Below the pieces are notes generated by a model. That model saw only the letters and a program-made list of their open reading frames with translations. It searched no databases and was not told where the DNA came from. From the NCBI GenBank assembly GCA_963724295.1, contig CAVRUC010000009.1, positions 128,001-192,000 on the forward strand: a stretch of DNA of 64,000 bases, in the 5' to 3' direction. Within the stretch, counting starts at the first letter, position 1, and every line of letters starts with the position of its first letter. Position numbers and translations under genes: made by a program. Origin of the DNA: an uncultured Chloroflexia bacterium (GTDB taxonomy: Bacteria > Chloroflexota > Chloroflexia > Thermomicrobiales > UBA6265). Shown piece by piece: positions 49,895 through 60,246 of the stretch.

Positions 49895-51167
49895 CTACGT
49901 CGAACGAAGGTAGAGGACCCGTTCGTCAAAGGTGTCCGGATCCCCGGTGAATCCATAGTGGGAGGACTGAGGACGCGAAGCCTCTCGTCCAAGAGCCAGG
50001 TACGAACCCCGTCCGGCATGTTGGGACCGGGACCCTGTCAATATAAAGCGCGATTGCTCCGGTCACATGAGGGGTCGCCATGCTGGTCCCGGTGTTCTCA
50101 TCGTAGCCGTCCTTGTCCGGGTCAATCGAGACCGGGACTGTCGAGAGAATGCACACTCCAGGGGCGGCGATATCGATGTCCCGACCGAAATTGCTGAATT
50201 TGGCGAAGGTGTCGTCGCGGCCGACGCAGGGCGTCGATGCCCCTGCCTTACCGGGCTCGCCATCGGAGTCGGTAAAGGCCGAGACGGTGATGACTTCCGT
50301 GGTAGGTAGCCGGTGCTCGCTTGGACGCATTCACGCCGTTGTTCCCAGCGGCGACGACCACCGGGATGCCGTCGACTTTGACGACCCGGCAGATCGCCTT
50401 GTGCAGCGGGGTTGTCTTCGGCCCGCACCATCTTTGGTCTTTCCGGCCTGCCTTGGCGCTCAGGCTCATGTTGACGACTTCAATCATCTCGTCGGGGGGG
50501 TCGGAGACCCACTCCAGTCCGCAAATGAGAGAAGAGATCCGAACCGACGCCGTCGTTATCCAGGACCTTGATCGCCCAGAGCCGGGCCCCAGGGGCGACG
50601 CCGACGACGCCTTCGTTGTTGTCAATGGCCGCAATCGTTCCGGCGACATGGGTGCCGTGTCCGTTGCCGTCGTTGAAGTTGTTGTATCTTGGGGCTACGC
50701 AGTCCTCACCACCTGCCATATTGAGATCGGGGTGTTGGGCGATCCCGGTATCGAGCACCGCTACGTCTGCGTCGATGCGTGCGCCGCCTGTATCGCGGCC
50801 CACGGGTTCTGATCGGCTTCAACCCGATCGACCCCGGTCGGCAGCTCTGATCTTCGGTCTGGACTTCGGCCTGCACCGGGAGATCCGGCCAGATCCTCAG
50901 CACGCCCTGCTGCCGCTCGATGGCGCGGACCGCCTTGGCAGGCAGGTCCGCGGCAAAGCCCTGAAACACCTCGTTGTATACGTGCGACGGAGCGACGCCG
51001 AGCCCTCGGGCTACCCCTATCGGGTTGGCTCCCCGCGCGACCTCGATAATGACCGGCACGGTCGCCCGCTGGGTGGTTGGCAACGCTTGAACGGGCACTG
51101 CCCCGCCAATCTGCCACGACGGCAGCATGCCCGCCAGCATCATGGCGAGGACGACCATCGTCCCCAC
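49895..51167 (-). CDS. S8 subtilisin-family serine peptidase with signal peptide and I9-like prodomain; several frameshifts
   Basis: VAVLDTG (Asp), HGTHVAG (His), VVAAGN and GTSMATPHV (Ser) are spread over frames. The C-terminus [13 protein letters not shown] ends at 49895. Confidence 0.85.
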
Positions 51168-51212
51168 ACGGTGGGTCTGCCGGCGCCGCCAACCAGCCAG
51201 GGGTCGCTGTTT

Positions 51213-52009
51213 CGATCCGCAGGTAGCCGCTGTCCGGTGCGCCTATATCCTCGGCAAACTCCACAAGAACACTCCAGGCAAGACGAATGAGAGCCAATTC
51301 ACCGATCCGCTCATGTGGGGCGGAGAAGTCGCAATGACGGTAATCAGCCTGCCGTGATGCCAGCTCTCGGCGACAGACCAGGTGCTGCCACCAGCAGGGA
51401 GGAAACCCTGCCACGCGAACCGGCTGCGGCCGTTTGAGTAACCATAACAGACATGTGGGTGCGGGCGAGCGCGCTTCGGTGGCATTCCGCGAACCCGTGA
51501 GAAAATCAAGGGCAGTCGAACTGGACCAGGAAAGGATGGGACGATGTCCCGACCCGGAGGAAGCCGCTGTCCGGTTCAGCCTCATACCCTCGGCAAACTC
51601 CACAGGAACACTCCAGGCACGACGAATAAGAGCCGATTCACCGATCCGCGCATATGGGGCGCGGCATCTCTATGACGCCTATCAGCCTGCCGTAGTGCCG
51701 GCTCTCGGCCACAGACCAAATGCTGCCATCAGCCGGGAGGAATCCCTCGCGAGCGGACTGGTGGCAGCAGTTTGACTAACCATAACAGATATCTCGGTGA
51801 CGGTGTCCAAACGCCACTCTACGTAGCGACCAAATGCAAGCGACATACCAGCGGCGTCCGCCTCCGACTCCTCGCCCAATCACATGCCACAAACGTTGTC
51901 TCAGTCTGCTTCACGGCGAGCCAATGCTGAGTTGCGTTGCGGGTGTACGCTCTGCGGTGGCATTCCGCTATCCCGTGCGACAATCCCGGGCAGTCGAACT
52001 GGACCAGGA
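51213..52009. repeat. Diverged tandem duplication of the intergenic region (copy A ~51213-51531, copy B ~51550-52009)
   Basis: Collinear shared blocks: agccgctgtccggt, cctcggcaaactccac, acactccaggca, ttcaccgatccgc, atcagcctgccgt, accataacaga, cggtggcattccgc and gggcagtcgaactggaccagga. Confidence 0.9.
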
Positions 52010-52025
52010 CACCTCAGAGACCAGC

Positions 52026-54756
52026 ATGCCCGAGTGGCCGCGCGGCACCGTCACCTTCCTCTGCACCGATATCGAGGGAAGTACCGCACTCTGGGAGCGG
52101 GATCGGCCGGCAATGGCAGTTGCCGTCGAGCGCCATCTCGCTTTGCTAGATGAGGCCATCACGGCGCACGGTGGCATCCACTTCAAGACCGCCGGCGATG
52201 CGGTCCAGGCGGCGTTCCACACCGCGTCTTCTGCTCTGGCCGCCGCCATCGCCGGCCAGCAGGCCGTTCTCGCCGAGCCGTGGCCGGAGGAGATCGGCTC
52301 GCTGCGGGTGCGCATGGCGCTGCACGTGGGGGCCGCCGAACCCGTCGCCGGTGACTACCTGGCTCCGGCGTTGAACCGTTTATCGCGCATGTTGGCCGCC
52401 GGGTCATGGCGGCCAGATCCTCGTCTCCGAGGCGATGCGGCGTCTGGTCGTGGACGTTGTTCCCGCGGACGTGACACTCACCTCGCTCGGCCGCCACACG
52501 CTACGGACTCTGGTCCAGCCGGAAGAGCTCTTCCAGGTCGTTGCGCCGGGATTACCGGAGCGATTCCCGGACTTGCGCTCGCTGTCGCATCACCCGACCA
52601 ACCTGGTTGCTCCTCCCACCCCACTCATCGGTCGCGATCAGGAACTGGCGACCGTGACTCGGTTGTTTCAGGACGCCGATGCCCGTCTGGTGAGCCTGAC
52701 CGGCCCCGGCGGAACTGGCAAGACGCGGCTTGCCCTGGGCATCGCCGGCGAGCTGATCGACGCCTTCCCCGACGGCGTGTTCTTGGTCGATCTGTCGACG
52801 GTGCGCGATCCCGCGCTCGTCTTGCCGGCCATCGCCTCCGCGCTCAATCTGCGTGAGGTCTCCCCTGGGACGCTGCGCGAGACGCTGACCGACTACCTGG
52901 CGCCAAAACGGATGCTCCTGGTGCTCGACAATTGCGAGCAGATCATCAGTGCCGCATCGGATATTGCCTCCCTGCTCGCCGCCTGTCCCCGGTTGGCGAT
53001 CCTGGCCACCAGCCGCGAGTCGTTGCGCATCGGCGCCGAGCGGGAGTTCCCGGTCTTGCCTCTCGGCATCCCGCCGGCGACAGACACCCCGCTGCTGGAG
53101 GACCTGGCCCAGACTCCAGCGGTCGCGTTGTTCGTGAGTCGCGCGACGGCGATCGATCCCGGCTTCGCCCTGACCGCGGAGAACGCCGCCGTCATAGCCG
53201 AAATCTGCCGTCGCCTGGATGGACTACCCCTGGCGATCGAGCTGGCCGCGGCCAGGATTCGACTGCTCCCGCCGCGGGCCTTGTTGGCTCGGCTGGAGCA
53301 GCAATTACCACTCCTGACCGGAGGAGCGCGCGACCTTCCCAACCGCCAACAGACGATGCGCAACACCATCGCCTGGAGCTACGACCTGCTCGACGATGCC
53401 GAGCAGGCCCTGTTTCGCCGGCTGGCGGTCTTTGTCGGCGGGTTCGCGCTGGAGGCCGCCGAATGGATCGCCGGGTCTGACGAGGGTGACAGCGAAACGT
53501 CTACCCCGCTACCCCGCCACCCTGACACCCCGCCACCCGCCCTCGACACCCTGGGTCTCCTGGCGTCGCTCGTTGCCAAGAGCCTCGTCATCGCCGGAGG
53601 GCATGAGAACGCTGCCGATCGCTTCCGGATGCTGGAAACGATCCGTGAGTATGGGCTGGAGCAACTGGCGGCACGCGGGCAGGAAGTGGAGGCGCGGCAA
53701 CGCCACGCCAACTGGTGTCTCGCCCTTGCTGTTGACGCCGGACCGAACGTAAGAGGACTCGATGCTGCCGTCTGGTTGGAGGTATTGGAACGAGAGCACG
53801 CCAACCTGCGGGCGGCCCTCGCCTGGCTGGTCGAACGCGGCAACGGGGCACAACTGGCGCGTCTGGCCGGTGCCCTCGGGCAGTTCTGGAAGGAGCATGC
53901 GCATTACGCCGAAGGACGCCGTTGGCTCGAGCTCGCGCTCGATCTCGGCCGGGACGCGCCGCCGGCGGACCGGCTTCGGGTGCTGACCGCGGTTGGCACG
54001 CTGTCCTGGTATCTGGCCGACGAGACGTACTCAGGGCACGCCCACGAGCAGGCGCTGGCGCTGGCGCAAGAGATCGGGGATCGCGCAGCCGAGGCATTCC
54101 TCCTGGGTAGCCTCGCGGTGCATGCCTCAGAGCTTGGGCACTATGAGCAGGCGAACGCCCGATTCGAGCAGAGCCTGGCGGTCGCCCGCGAGGTCGGCGA
54201 CCCGGGTCCAGTCGTCCTGGCGCTGCACAATCTGGCGCATCAGGAGTGGGAGCGCGGTCAGGCAGCGCAGGCCGTGGCGAGGCTGGAGGAGGCGCTCGAG
54301 GTCGCCCGCGAACATCACATGGTCTGGATTCTGCCCAGCATCCTCGTCGGTCTCGGTACCATCACTACCGACCTGGGAGACCTGGGCCGCGCTATTGGCT
54401 TCTTTCGCCAGAGCCTCGAGCTGGCCCAGGTGCGAGGCAACCTGGGAGACGTCATCGACGGCATCGGCGGGCTGGCGCGACTGGCCGCCGTGGCGAGCCA
54501 GCCAGAAGCGGCAGCCCGCCTCTTCGGGGCGGCGGACGCGATCCGCGAGGGGCTCGCCATGCCGCTCTCGCCAGATGAACAGGAAGACATCGAGGCCATC
54601 ACGAACGGGCTGCGATCCGCGCTTGGTGACGACGCGTTCTCGGCCGCTTGGGCTGATGGCCGGTCACTGTCTCAGGAGGCGGCCCTCGAAGAGGCACTCT
54701 CCCTTCGCGTCGAGACAGTGCAAAGCACGACGTCGCACGCAAAGCCTCGCACCTGA
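52026..54756 (+). CDS. Class III cyclase - STAND NTPase - TPR protein (paralog 3); frameshift near 52405
   Basis: CTDIEGST, FKTAGDA and LNRLSR; GPGGTGKT, LDNCE and GLPLAIELAA; TPRs. Confidence 0.88.
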
Positions 54757-54887
54757 GTGCACGAGTTCGCCTGATGGTGCGATACCAGGAATGCCCCTTC
54801 GCAGCACATGCGTCCGGGTACGGACCATGCCGTCTCATCAAGATATCGACGCATCGCGGCAGACAGCGATTGCCGGACGGGCCGCTT

Positions 54888-56595
54888 CTAAGCGTCCTCT
54901 TCAGCCAGGTAGAGGTGGGCGGAGACGATGGCCATGGCGCCTCCCCCCACTGCCGAAGCCACTCGCTTGACCGAGTTGTGTCGCACGTCCCCAACGGCGA
55001 AGACCCCCGGCAGGTTGGTTTCCAGAGGAAACGGTGATCGATCTTGTCGTGGCCAGAGCGACCTCAGGGCTTCGTAGTTGGGGGCCAGGTCGCGGCAGGT
55101 GAGGATATAGCCGCGATCGTCGCGTTCCAGCGTTCCGTCCAACCAGTCAGTGTGTGGCGCGGCGCCGATGAGTACGAAGAGAGCCGCGGCTCTGAGCGTC
55201 TCCGTCTGACCGGTCGCCTGGTCCTTCAGCACCAATCCCTCGAGCCGGTGCTCCCCGCGGCCGTCCTCCACGGTCGTTCCGACCCGGACCTCGACATTCG
55301 GCGTCACCTCCAATTCATCGATCAGGTAGGCGGACATGCTCTCCGCCAGCGATGCACCGCGCACCAGGACCGTCACCCGTTCGGCATACTCGGCCAGATG
55401 GAGTGCTGCCTGGCCAGCGGAGTTCCCCGCGCCAACCACGAACACCTCCTCGCCGCGCATCGCACGCGCTTCCGAGACCGCGCCATAGAAGACCCCCTTG
55501 CCCACCAGCCGCTCCAGCGCGGGAATGGCAAGTCGGTTGTAGGAAACGCCGGTCGCCAACACGACGGTGCTGCTGATCACCTCGCTCTCCGTCCGACAGC
55601 GTCACGATGCGGTCGCGTCCTTCGGCGCGCAGGCCAGTGACCGACTGGGTGTAGACGACCTGTGCCCCGAACTGGAGGGCCTGATCGGCGGCGCGCGCCG
55701 CCAGTTCCTGGCCGCTGACGCCGCGCGGGAAGCCGAGGTAGTTGCGGATCATGGAGCTGGTTCCCGCTTGGCCACCGACGGCCTCCGGCTCGATGACGAC
55801 CGTCTGCAATCCTTCCGACGCGGCGTAGACCGCCGCGGCTAACCCGCCGGGTCCTGCTCCAACAATCGTGACGTCATAGCGGGGAAGTCGTGGGCGCGTC
55901 GCCAGGCCAAGGGCGTCGGCGATCTCTCCGTTCGAAGGGTCAAGCAGGACCTTGTCGTCGACGAGGACCAGTATCGAGACCTGGTCGGAATCGGCGACGT
56001 GCTCAGCCAGAAGGAGCTGTCCTTCCGCGGAGTCCGTTGGGTAAAACCCAAACGGGATGGCATTGCGCGTGCCCAGGTCACGCAGCTCATGGCTGCGACT
56101 CTCCCACTGGGGACCGACCACGCGGACGCGCTCGAACAGCGGACGGTTGGCTCGCCACCAGTCGGCCAGTGCCTCGCTGAGCTGCGGGTAGAGCCATTCC
56201 TCGGGCGACCGCCAGGGCTTCTCCACGAAGCGGTCAACCTGGCCGAGCGCCAGGGCCCGCTGCAACGACTCGCTCACCGCGTCATCGCCGATGGTGGTGA
56301 GCACGATGCTCTGGGCTCCGGGGTAGCACTCGCGAGCCTGTCCCAGAAACTCGATCCCGCCTGTGCCCGGCAACCAGAGGTCAGCAATCACGAGTGCCAC
56401 CTCTGCCGCCTCGTCATGCAGGCGATGGAGTGCTCTCAAGCCAGCCTCCGGCGTGGCCGCGGAGTGAACGAGGTAGTCGGCCCCGAATCGACGCTCGAGC
56501 GCGGCGGTCAGCCCGCGCCGCAGCACGGGATCGGCATCGGCGACGAAGAGGACCGGTTTGGTCTGTCTGGGAGATGACGTGTCGTGGACGGGCAT
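54888..56595 (-). CDS. Receiver domain - thioredoxin-reductase-like FAD oxidoreductase fusion; frameshift near 55585
   Basis: Receiver (VADAD, IADLWLP, KPW); GAGPGG, IRNYLGFPRG, ATG, GAGNSAGQ and FAVGDVR motifs. Confidence 0.85.
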
Positions 56596-56738
56596 CAGCG
56601 TGGGTGGACATGGGTGACCGCTCGCTGTGGAGCATGGCGTCCCCATCTGGGCGAGTGCCGATGTCAAGAGTGTTGCTGCTCATAAGAACCTCCAACTCAC
56701 GATTAATCGGCAGCACGTGAGTGATTTCGGGGGCTCGA

Positions 56739-57442
56739 TCACCCAATGAAGACCGGCCACAGACCCAGTCCAAGTGCCATGCCGCCCACGACCACGAGGG
56801 TGCCGACCCAGATGAGATCGAGGTTGATCCAGACGCGGCGGAGCACCTCCACCCCGACTTTCTGATAGACCACCACGGCGAGCGTTCCCGCCACGGCGAG
56901 CATCGCCGCCGAGTGCAGGCCGACCGCCGCCAGCGCCGGGATCAGGGCGTCATTGCCGCCGGGCGCCTGATGGCCCATCTGCCCAAGGTGTTCGGCGTGG
57001 GCCAGGGCGCTTGAGACCGCATCGCCTCGCAGGGCGACGAGCACCGGGACGAGCATCAACCCCGCGCCGTGCGCCGACGCCATCAGGAACGACCACATGA
57101 CCAGCTCGCGCGGTCCCACCCGCATCCCGACCCAGCGCGGGATGGCGGAAGCGGGTGACGACCTTGTAGGCGGCGAAGCCCAGCAGCATTCCTCCTCCGA
57201 GCGTCAGGAGCATGCGTTGGGGGATCACGAGCCCGAGCGTGCTGACCGCAACCGCGGCCAGGCCGATGGCGAGAGCATGACCGAGAGCGATCGGACCCAG
57301 GGCGTTGATGACGGCGCGTAGCCGCCGCTCCTGCAGACCGAGCGAGACGGCGAAGAGCCAGCCCATCGCCGGGTTCAGGCCGTGAAAGGCGCCCAGGGCC
57401 AGCAGCGAGAGCCACGGCCAGTATGTGTTCAGTATCCGCCAT
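56739..57442 (-). CDS. Membrane protein associated with the selenium-binding protein; frameshifted
   Basis: LGAFHGLNPAMGWLFAV, PIALGHA, WSFLMASAHGAGLML and WINLDLIW occur across frames. Confidence 0.75.
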
Positions 57443-57525
57443 GATCTTCGTCCTTTGTCGGAGCCGTCAGGCTGACCTCCCGGTCTGGCTCGACGGGCAG
57501 GGTCGAGCCAGACCCGAGGAGGGGT

Positions 57526-58935
57526 CTACGGATAGCAATAGGAATCGGTCGAGGCGTCACCGCCCTGCAGCCGCACTTGGTGCGGCCGCTGGTCGCCGAA
57601 GTCGAGGAAGAAGTTGGGGTCGAGGCTCATGCCGCCCTCGGGGTCGGCATCGAGCTTGACCATCCAGCCCCGGATGCCGTCGGGATAGAACTGCGCGTCC
57701 CAGGGCATGTAGAGCGAGTTGGTGAGGTAGACGCGGCGACCGTCGCGGCTGACCTCGACCATCTGCGGTCCGCCGTTGAGCGGTCGCGCCGCGGCCGGAT
57801 GGGGAGCCTGGCCGACGATGCCGCCAATGCGGACCGAACTGACCTCCTTCGGCTCGAATGGATCCGAAACGTCGAACTGCTTCAGCTCGCCGGTTCCCCA
57901 GCAGGAGACGTAGAGATACTGGTCGTCAACGCTCAGCTCGAGATCGGTAACAAACGGGGGCACCGCCTTGAACGGCTTGAGAGCTGGCGGCAATTGGTCT
58001 TCCTCCGCCGGTTCGGCGGGGATCGTGATCACCTTGGTGACTTCCCAGCCGACCGCCGCACCGTTCGCGCCGCTCTTGCGGTGCCAGAGGAAGACGTTGG
58101 CGGAGAGGTCGTTCAAGTTGACGACGGCGCCGGCGAAGCCATAAGCCCTGGTCGGGTCGTGGGCCGGCCGCAACTCGAGCACCATCTGATGCTCTTTGCC
58201 CAGGTCGACCGTCTGTGCATGACGACGCTCCCGCAGATCCCAGAAGTGGAGCTGGTGGCCGTACTGAGCGTCGAGGAGCAGCTCCGGCTGTACGCCGCAC
58301 TCGACCATCTTCGGCGTGCCCCACTCACTCGTGACCATCGTGTCGTACCCGAGATGCCACCAGAAGTCATAGTGGAGGTATTGATCGCCGCGATCGATCT
58401 CCCAGCGGCCGAGGACGTCGAAAGTGTCATGGTCGAGCATGAAGATGCCGCCGGGACCGCCCCCGTCAGGGGCGCCGAGGGCGCTGACATAGATGCCGTC
58501 AGGTCCGCAGTGGACCGTGTGACCATTGGCGTACCCGGTCTTGGCCGCCACCTCCTCGGGCTCGATCGTCTTCACAATGCGTGGCCGCATCGGGTCGGGC
58601 TTGGTGTCGATGATGTAGACGCGGGAGGAGCCGAGCCCCGGCACGATCAGGTAGCGCCGCTCGACATGCGGATGGGGCGCGTTCGGACACAGCATCGAGG
58701 AGCAGGCGTTCCAACCGAAGTGGTGCAGCTCGTCCCCGGGATGCGTCATCTCGACTTCACCGACGAGCTGGCCATAGGACTCCGAGTTCGGGTCGACGTC
58801 GACCACGGCGATGGCGTCGGGTCGGCCGTCGCCGGTCGGGTTGACACGGACGACGTAGGCCAGAGTTTCGGCCGGTGCCTGCATCGCCGAGCGCGGCGAA
58901 GGGTAAAAGGTCGGGTCGGGTTTCCAGGTCGGCAT
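57526..58935 (-). CDS. Selenium-binding protein 56 family (SELENBP1 / methanethiol oxidase-like)
   Basis: DPTFYPSP, DELHHFGWNACSS, HTVHCGP, YDFWW, GGPQM..S.DGRRVYLTNSLY..WD.QFYP and GGDASTD. Confidence 0.93.
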   Translation of the reverse strand: MPTWKPDPTFYPSPRSAMQAPAETLAYVVRVNPTGDGRPDAIAVVDVDPNSESYGQLVGEVEMTHPGDELHHFGWNACSSMLCPNAPHPHVERRYLIVPGLGSSRVYIIDTKPDPMRPRIVKTIEPEEVAAKTGYANGHTVHCGPDGIYVSALGAPDGGGPGGIFMLDHDTFDVLGRWEIDRGDQYLHYDFWWHLGYDTMVTSEWGTPKMVECGVQPELLLDAQYGHQLHFWDLRERRHAQTVDLGKEHQMVLELRPAHDPTRAYGFAGAVVNLNDLSANVFLWHRKSGANGAAVGWEVTKVITIPAEPAEEDQLPPALKPFKAVPPFVTDLELSVDDQYLYVSCWGTGELKQFDVSDPFEPKEVSSVRIGGIVGQAPHPAAARPLNGGPQMVEVSRDGRRVYLTNSLYMPWDAQFYPDGIRGWMVKLDADPEGGMSLDPNFFLDFGDQRPHQVRLQGGDASTDSYCYP

Positions 58936-59045
58936 GGTGTTCCTCCTCTTGTGCGTTCCTGAGCAGGTCACTGGTTCTCGTCGTCCATCGACGCGCTGAC
59001 CTGCTTTGGCTTGCACTTGCAGAGTAGGAGGTGGCTAGCAACGGC

Positions 59046-59122
59046 ACATGGGCAGAACTGCGCATTCGACCTACGCATTTGGCGTAGCGAAAACGGGGTG
59101 GAGTGGGGTGGTATACGTAGAG
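59046..59122 (-). promoter_or_regulatory. Conserved upstream element, copy 1 (before the selenium-binding protein gene)
   Basis: Shares acatgggcagaactgcg, ctacgcatt and ggtatacgtagag with 60144-60219 at the same spacing. Confidence 0.7.
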
Positions 59123-59383
59123 AGAATGGGCCTGGAGCGGCTGGCCCTGCGGGCGTCTCTGCCCGGCCAGCAAACCTACGACGGAGACGGCGACCAGAGG
59201 TTCACCGCGACTGCGAGGGTTGTCTCCGCGATCGGAACCCCAGCTGCGCCGCCGCCAGGACAAACGCGAGGCGGGATCGGCGTCGCCGAGGCCGATCCCG
59301 CCGGGCTGGTCAGCGCTCCGCCGGCCGCCAGCCACCTCTTGTTGGCTTGTTCCCGCCGGACTGGCAGGCGGCCTGGCGGTTCA

Positions 59384-60046
59384 TCATCTCCCGCTCTGCT
59401 GGAAGCAGTAGAGATGCTGCCCAGTGTTGCAGGCAGCCGAGCCGCTTTGCGTCCAATTGCTGTCCTTGTACACGGCCGTGCCCCGGAAACCGCTGCCTGT
59501 CGCAACAGTCCAGTTCCCACAGTGTTCGCCGAGGGTGCCGCCGCTGCCATCGACCTTGGTGTAGGTCCACACCAGGGCGGCGGCGGCGATAGTATTCCCG
59601 GTCTCCGTCAGGCTGATCGGAGCCCGCAGCGCGCCGTCCGTCAACGCCGTCCAGTTGGCGGCAATCCGCGTGCCGTCGACCAGCTCATAGGGTCCGGTCG
59701 ATTGGACGAAGCGGGTGCTGGGTGAGGCCGTGCTATCCGACAGCCACGCTTTGTATGTGCCGCGGAGACTGGCTGAATCGGCATAGTTCTGGCAGATCGT
59801 GTCGGCCCCAGTCAGACCACCCAGGATCCCGCCAAAGGGGGCGCTGGTGACGAAGACGCGGCAGGGACCGCCGGCTCCGCACCGTTTGCTCCGCCGTCGC
59901 TCGGCCTCGGCCTCCTCATCGCGGCGCAGACCCGCCAGGCCGAGGGCGACGCCCGCGACTGCACCCACGCCGGCACGCAGCACGCCGCGCCGCGCGATCA
60001 CCACGGACGCCCGCTGCACCGCCGCATCAAAGGATTCTCCGTCCAT
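59384..60046 (-). CDS. Tat-exported DUF1554/endostatin-like (C-type-lectin fold) protein
   Basis: MDGESFD..ARRGVL leader; VFVTS..GGLTGADTICQ..YKAWLSD..C.NWT..HLYCFQQ. Confidence 0.8.
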   Translation of the reverse strand: MDGESFDAAVQRASVVIARRGVLRAGVGAVAGVALGLAGLRRDEEAEAERRRSKRCGAGGPCRVFVTSAPFGGILGGLTGADTICQNYADSASLRGTYKAWLSDSTASPSTRFVQSTGPYELVDGTRIAANWTALTDGALRAPISLTETGNTIAAAALVWTYTKVDGSGGTLGEHCGNWTVATGSGFRGTAVYKDSNWTQSGSAACNTGQHLYCFQQSGR

Positions 60047-60143
60047 CACGGCCTCCAGTTCGTTCATCACGCATTGCCATGTCACGCGGGACCATCCATT
60101 CCTCGAGTCCCTCGCCTCACGATAGGGAGGGACCATCCCTGGT

Positions 60144-60219
60144 ACATGGGCAGAACTGCGTATTTGGGCTACGCATTCGATGACGGCGAGAATGGAACGT
60201 GGAGGGGGTATACGTAGAG
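60144..60219 (-). promoter_or_regulatory. Conserved upstream element, copy 2 (before the DUF1554 gene)
   Basis: Matches 59046-59122 and lies immediately downstream of the LuxR-STAND gene. Confidence 0.7.
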
Positions 60220-60246
60220 GCTAGAGGATGCGAAACGTGGGGCGGC

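Noticed and set aside
45718..51601. Shared 13-mer CTCGGCAAACTCC (45718, 51250, 51589) as a c-di-GMP-I riboswitch or common motif
   Set aside because: The GAAA-loop stem and GACGCAAA elements expected after GGCAAA are missing. Two of the three hits come from the duplication, so the third could be chance.
576..57442. Programmed frameshifting or mass pseudogenisation (breaks near 855, 2270, 10090, 29990, 40300, 49435, 50000-50820, 52405, 55585, 57135)
   Set aside because: The breaks are isolated indels in unrelated genes with otherwise intact motifs and no shared slippery site, so sequencing or assembly error is the simpler explanation. Read-level polishing would decide.
57526..58935. Selenocysteine recoding in the selenium-binding protein
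   Set aside because: The frame has no internal TGA, and this family is not a selenoprotein family.
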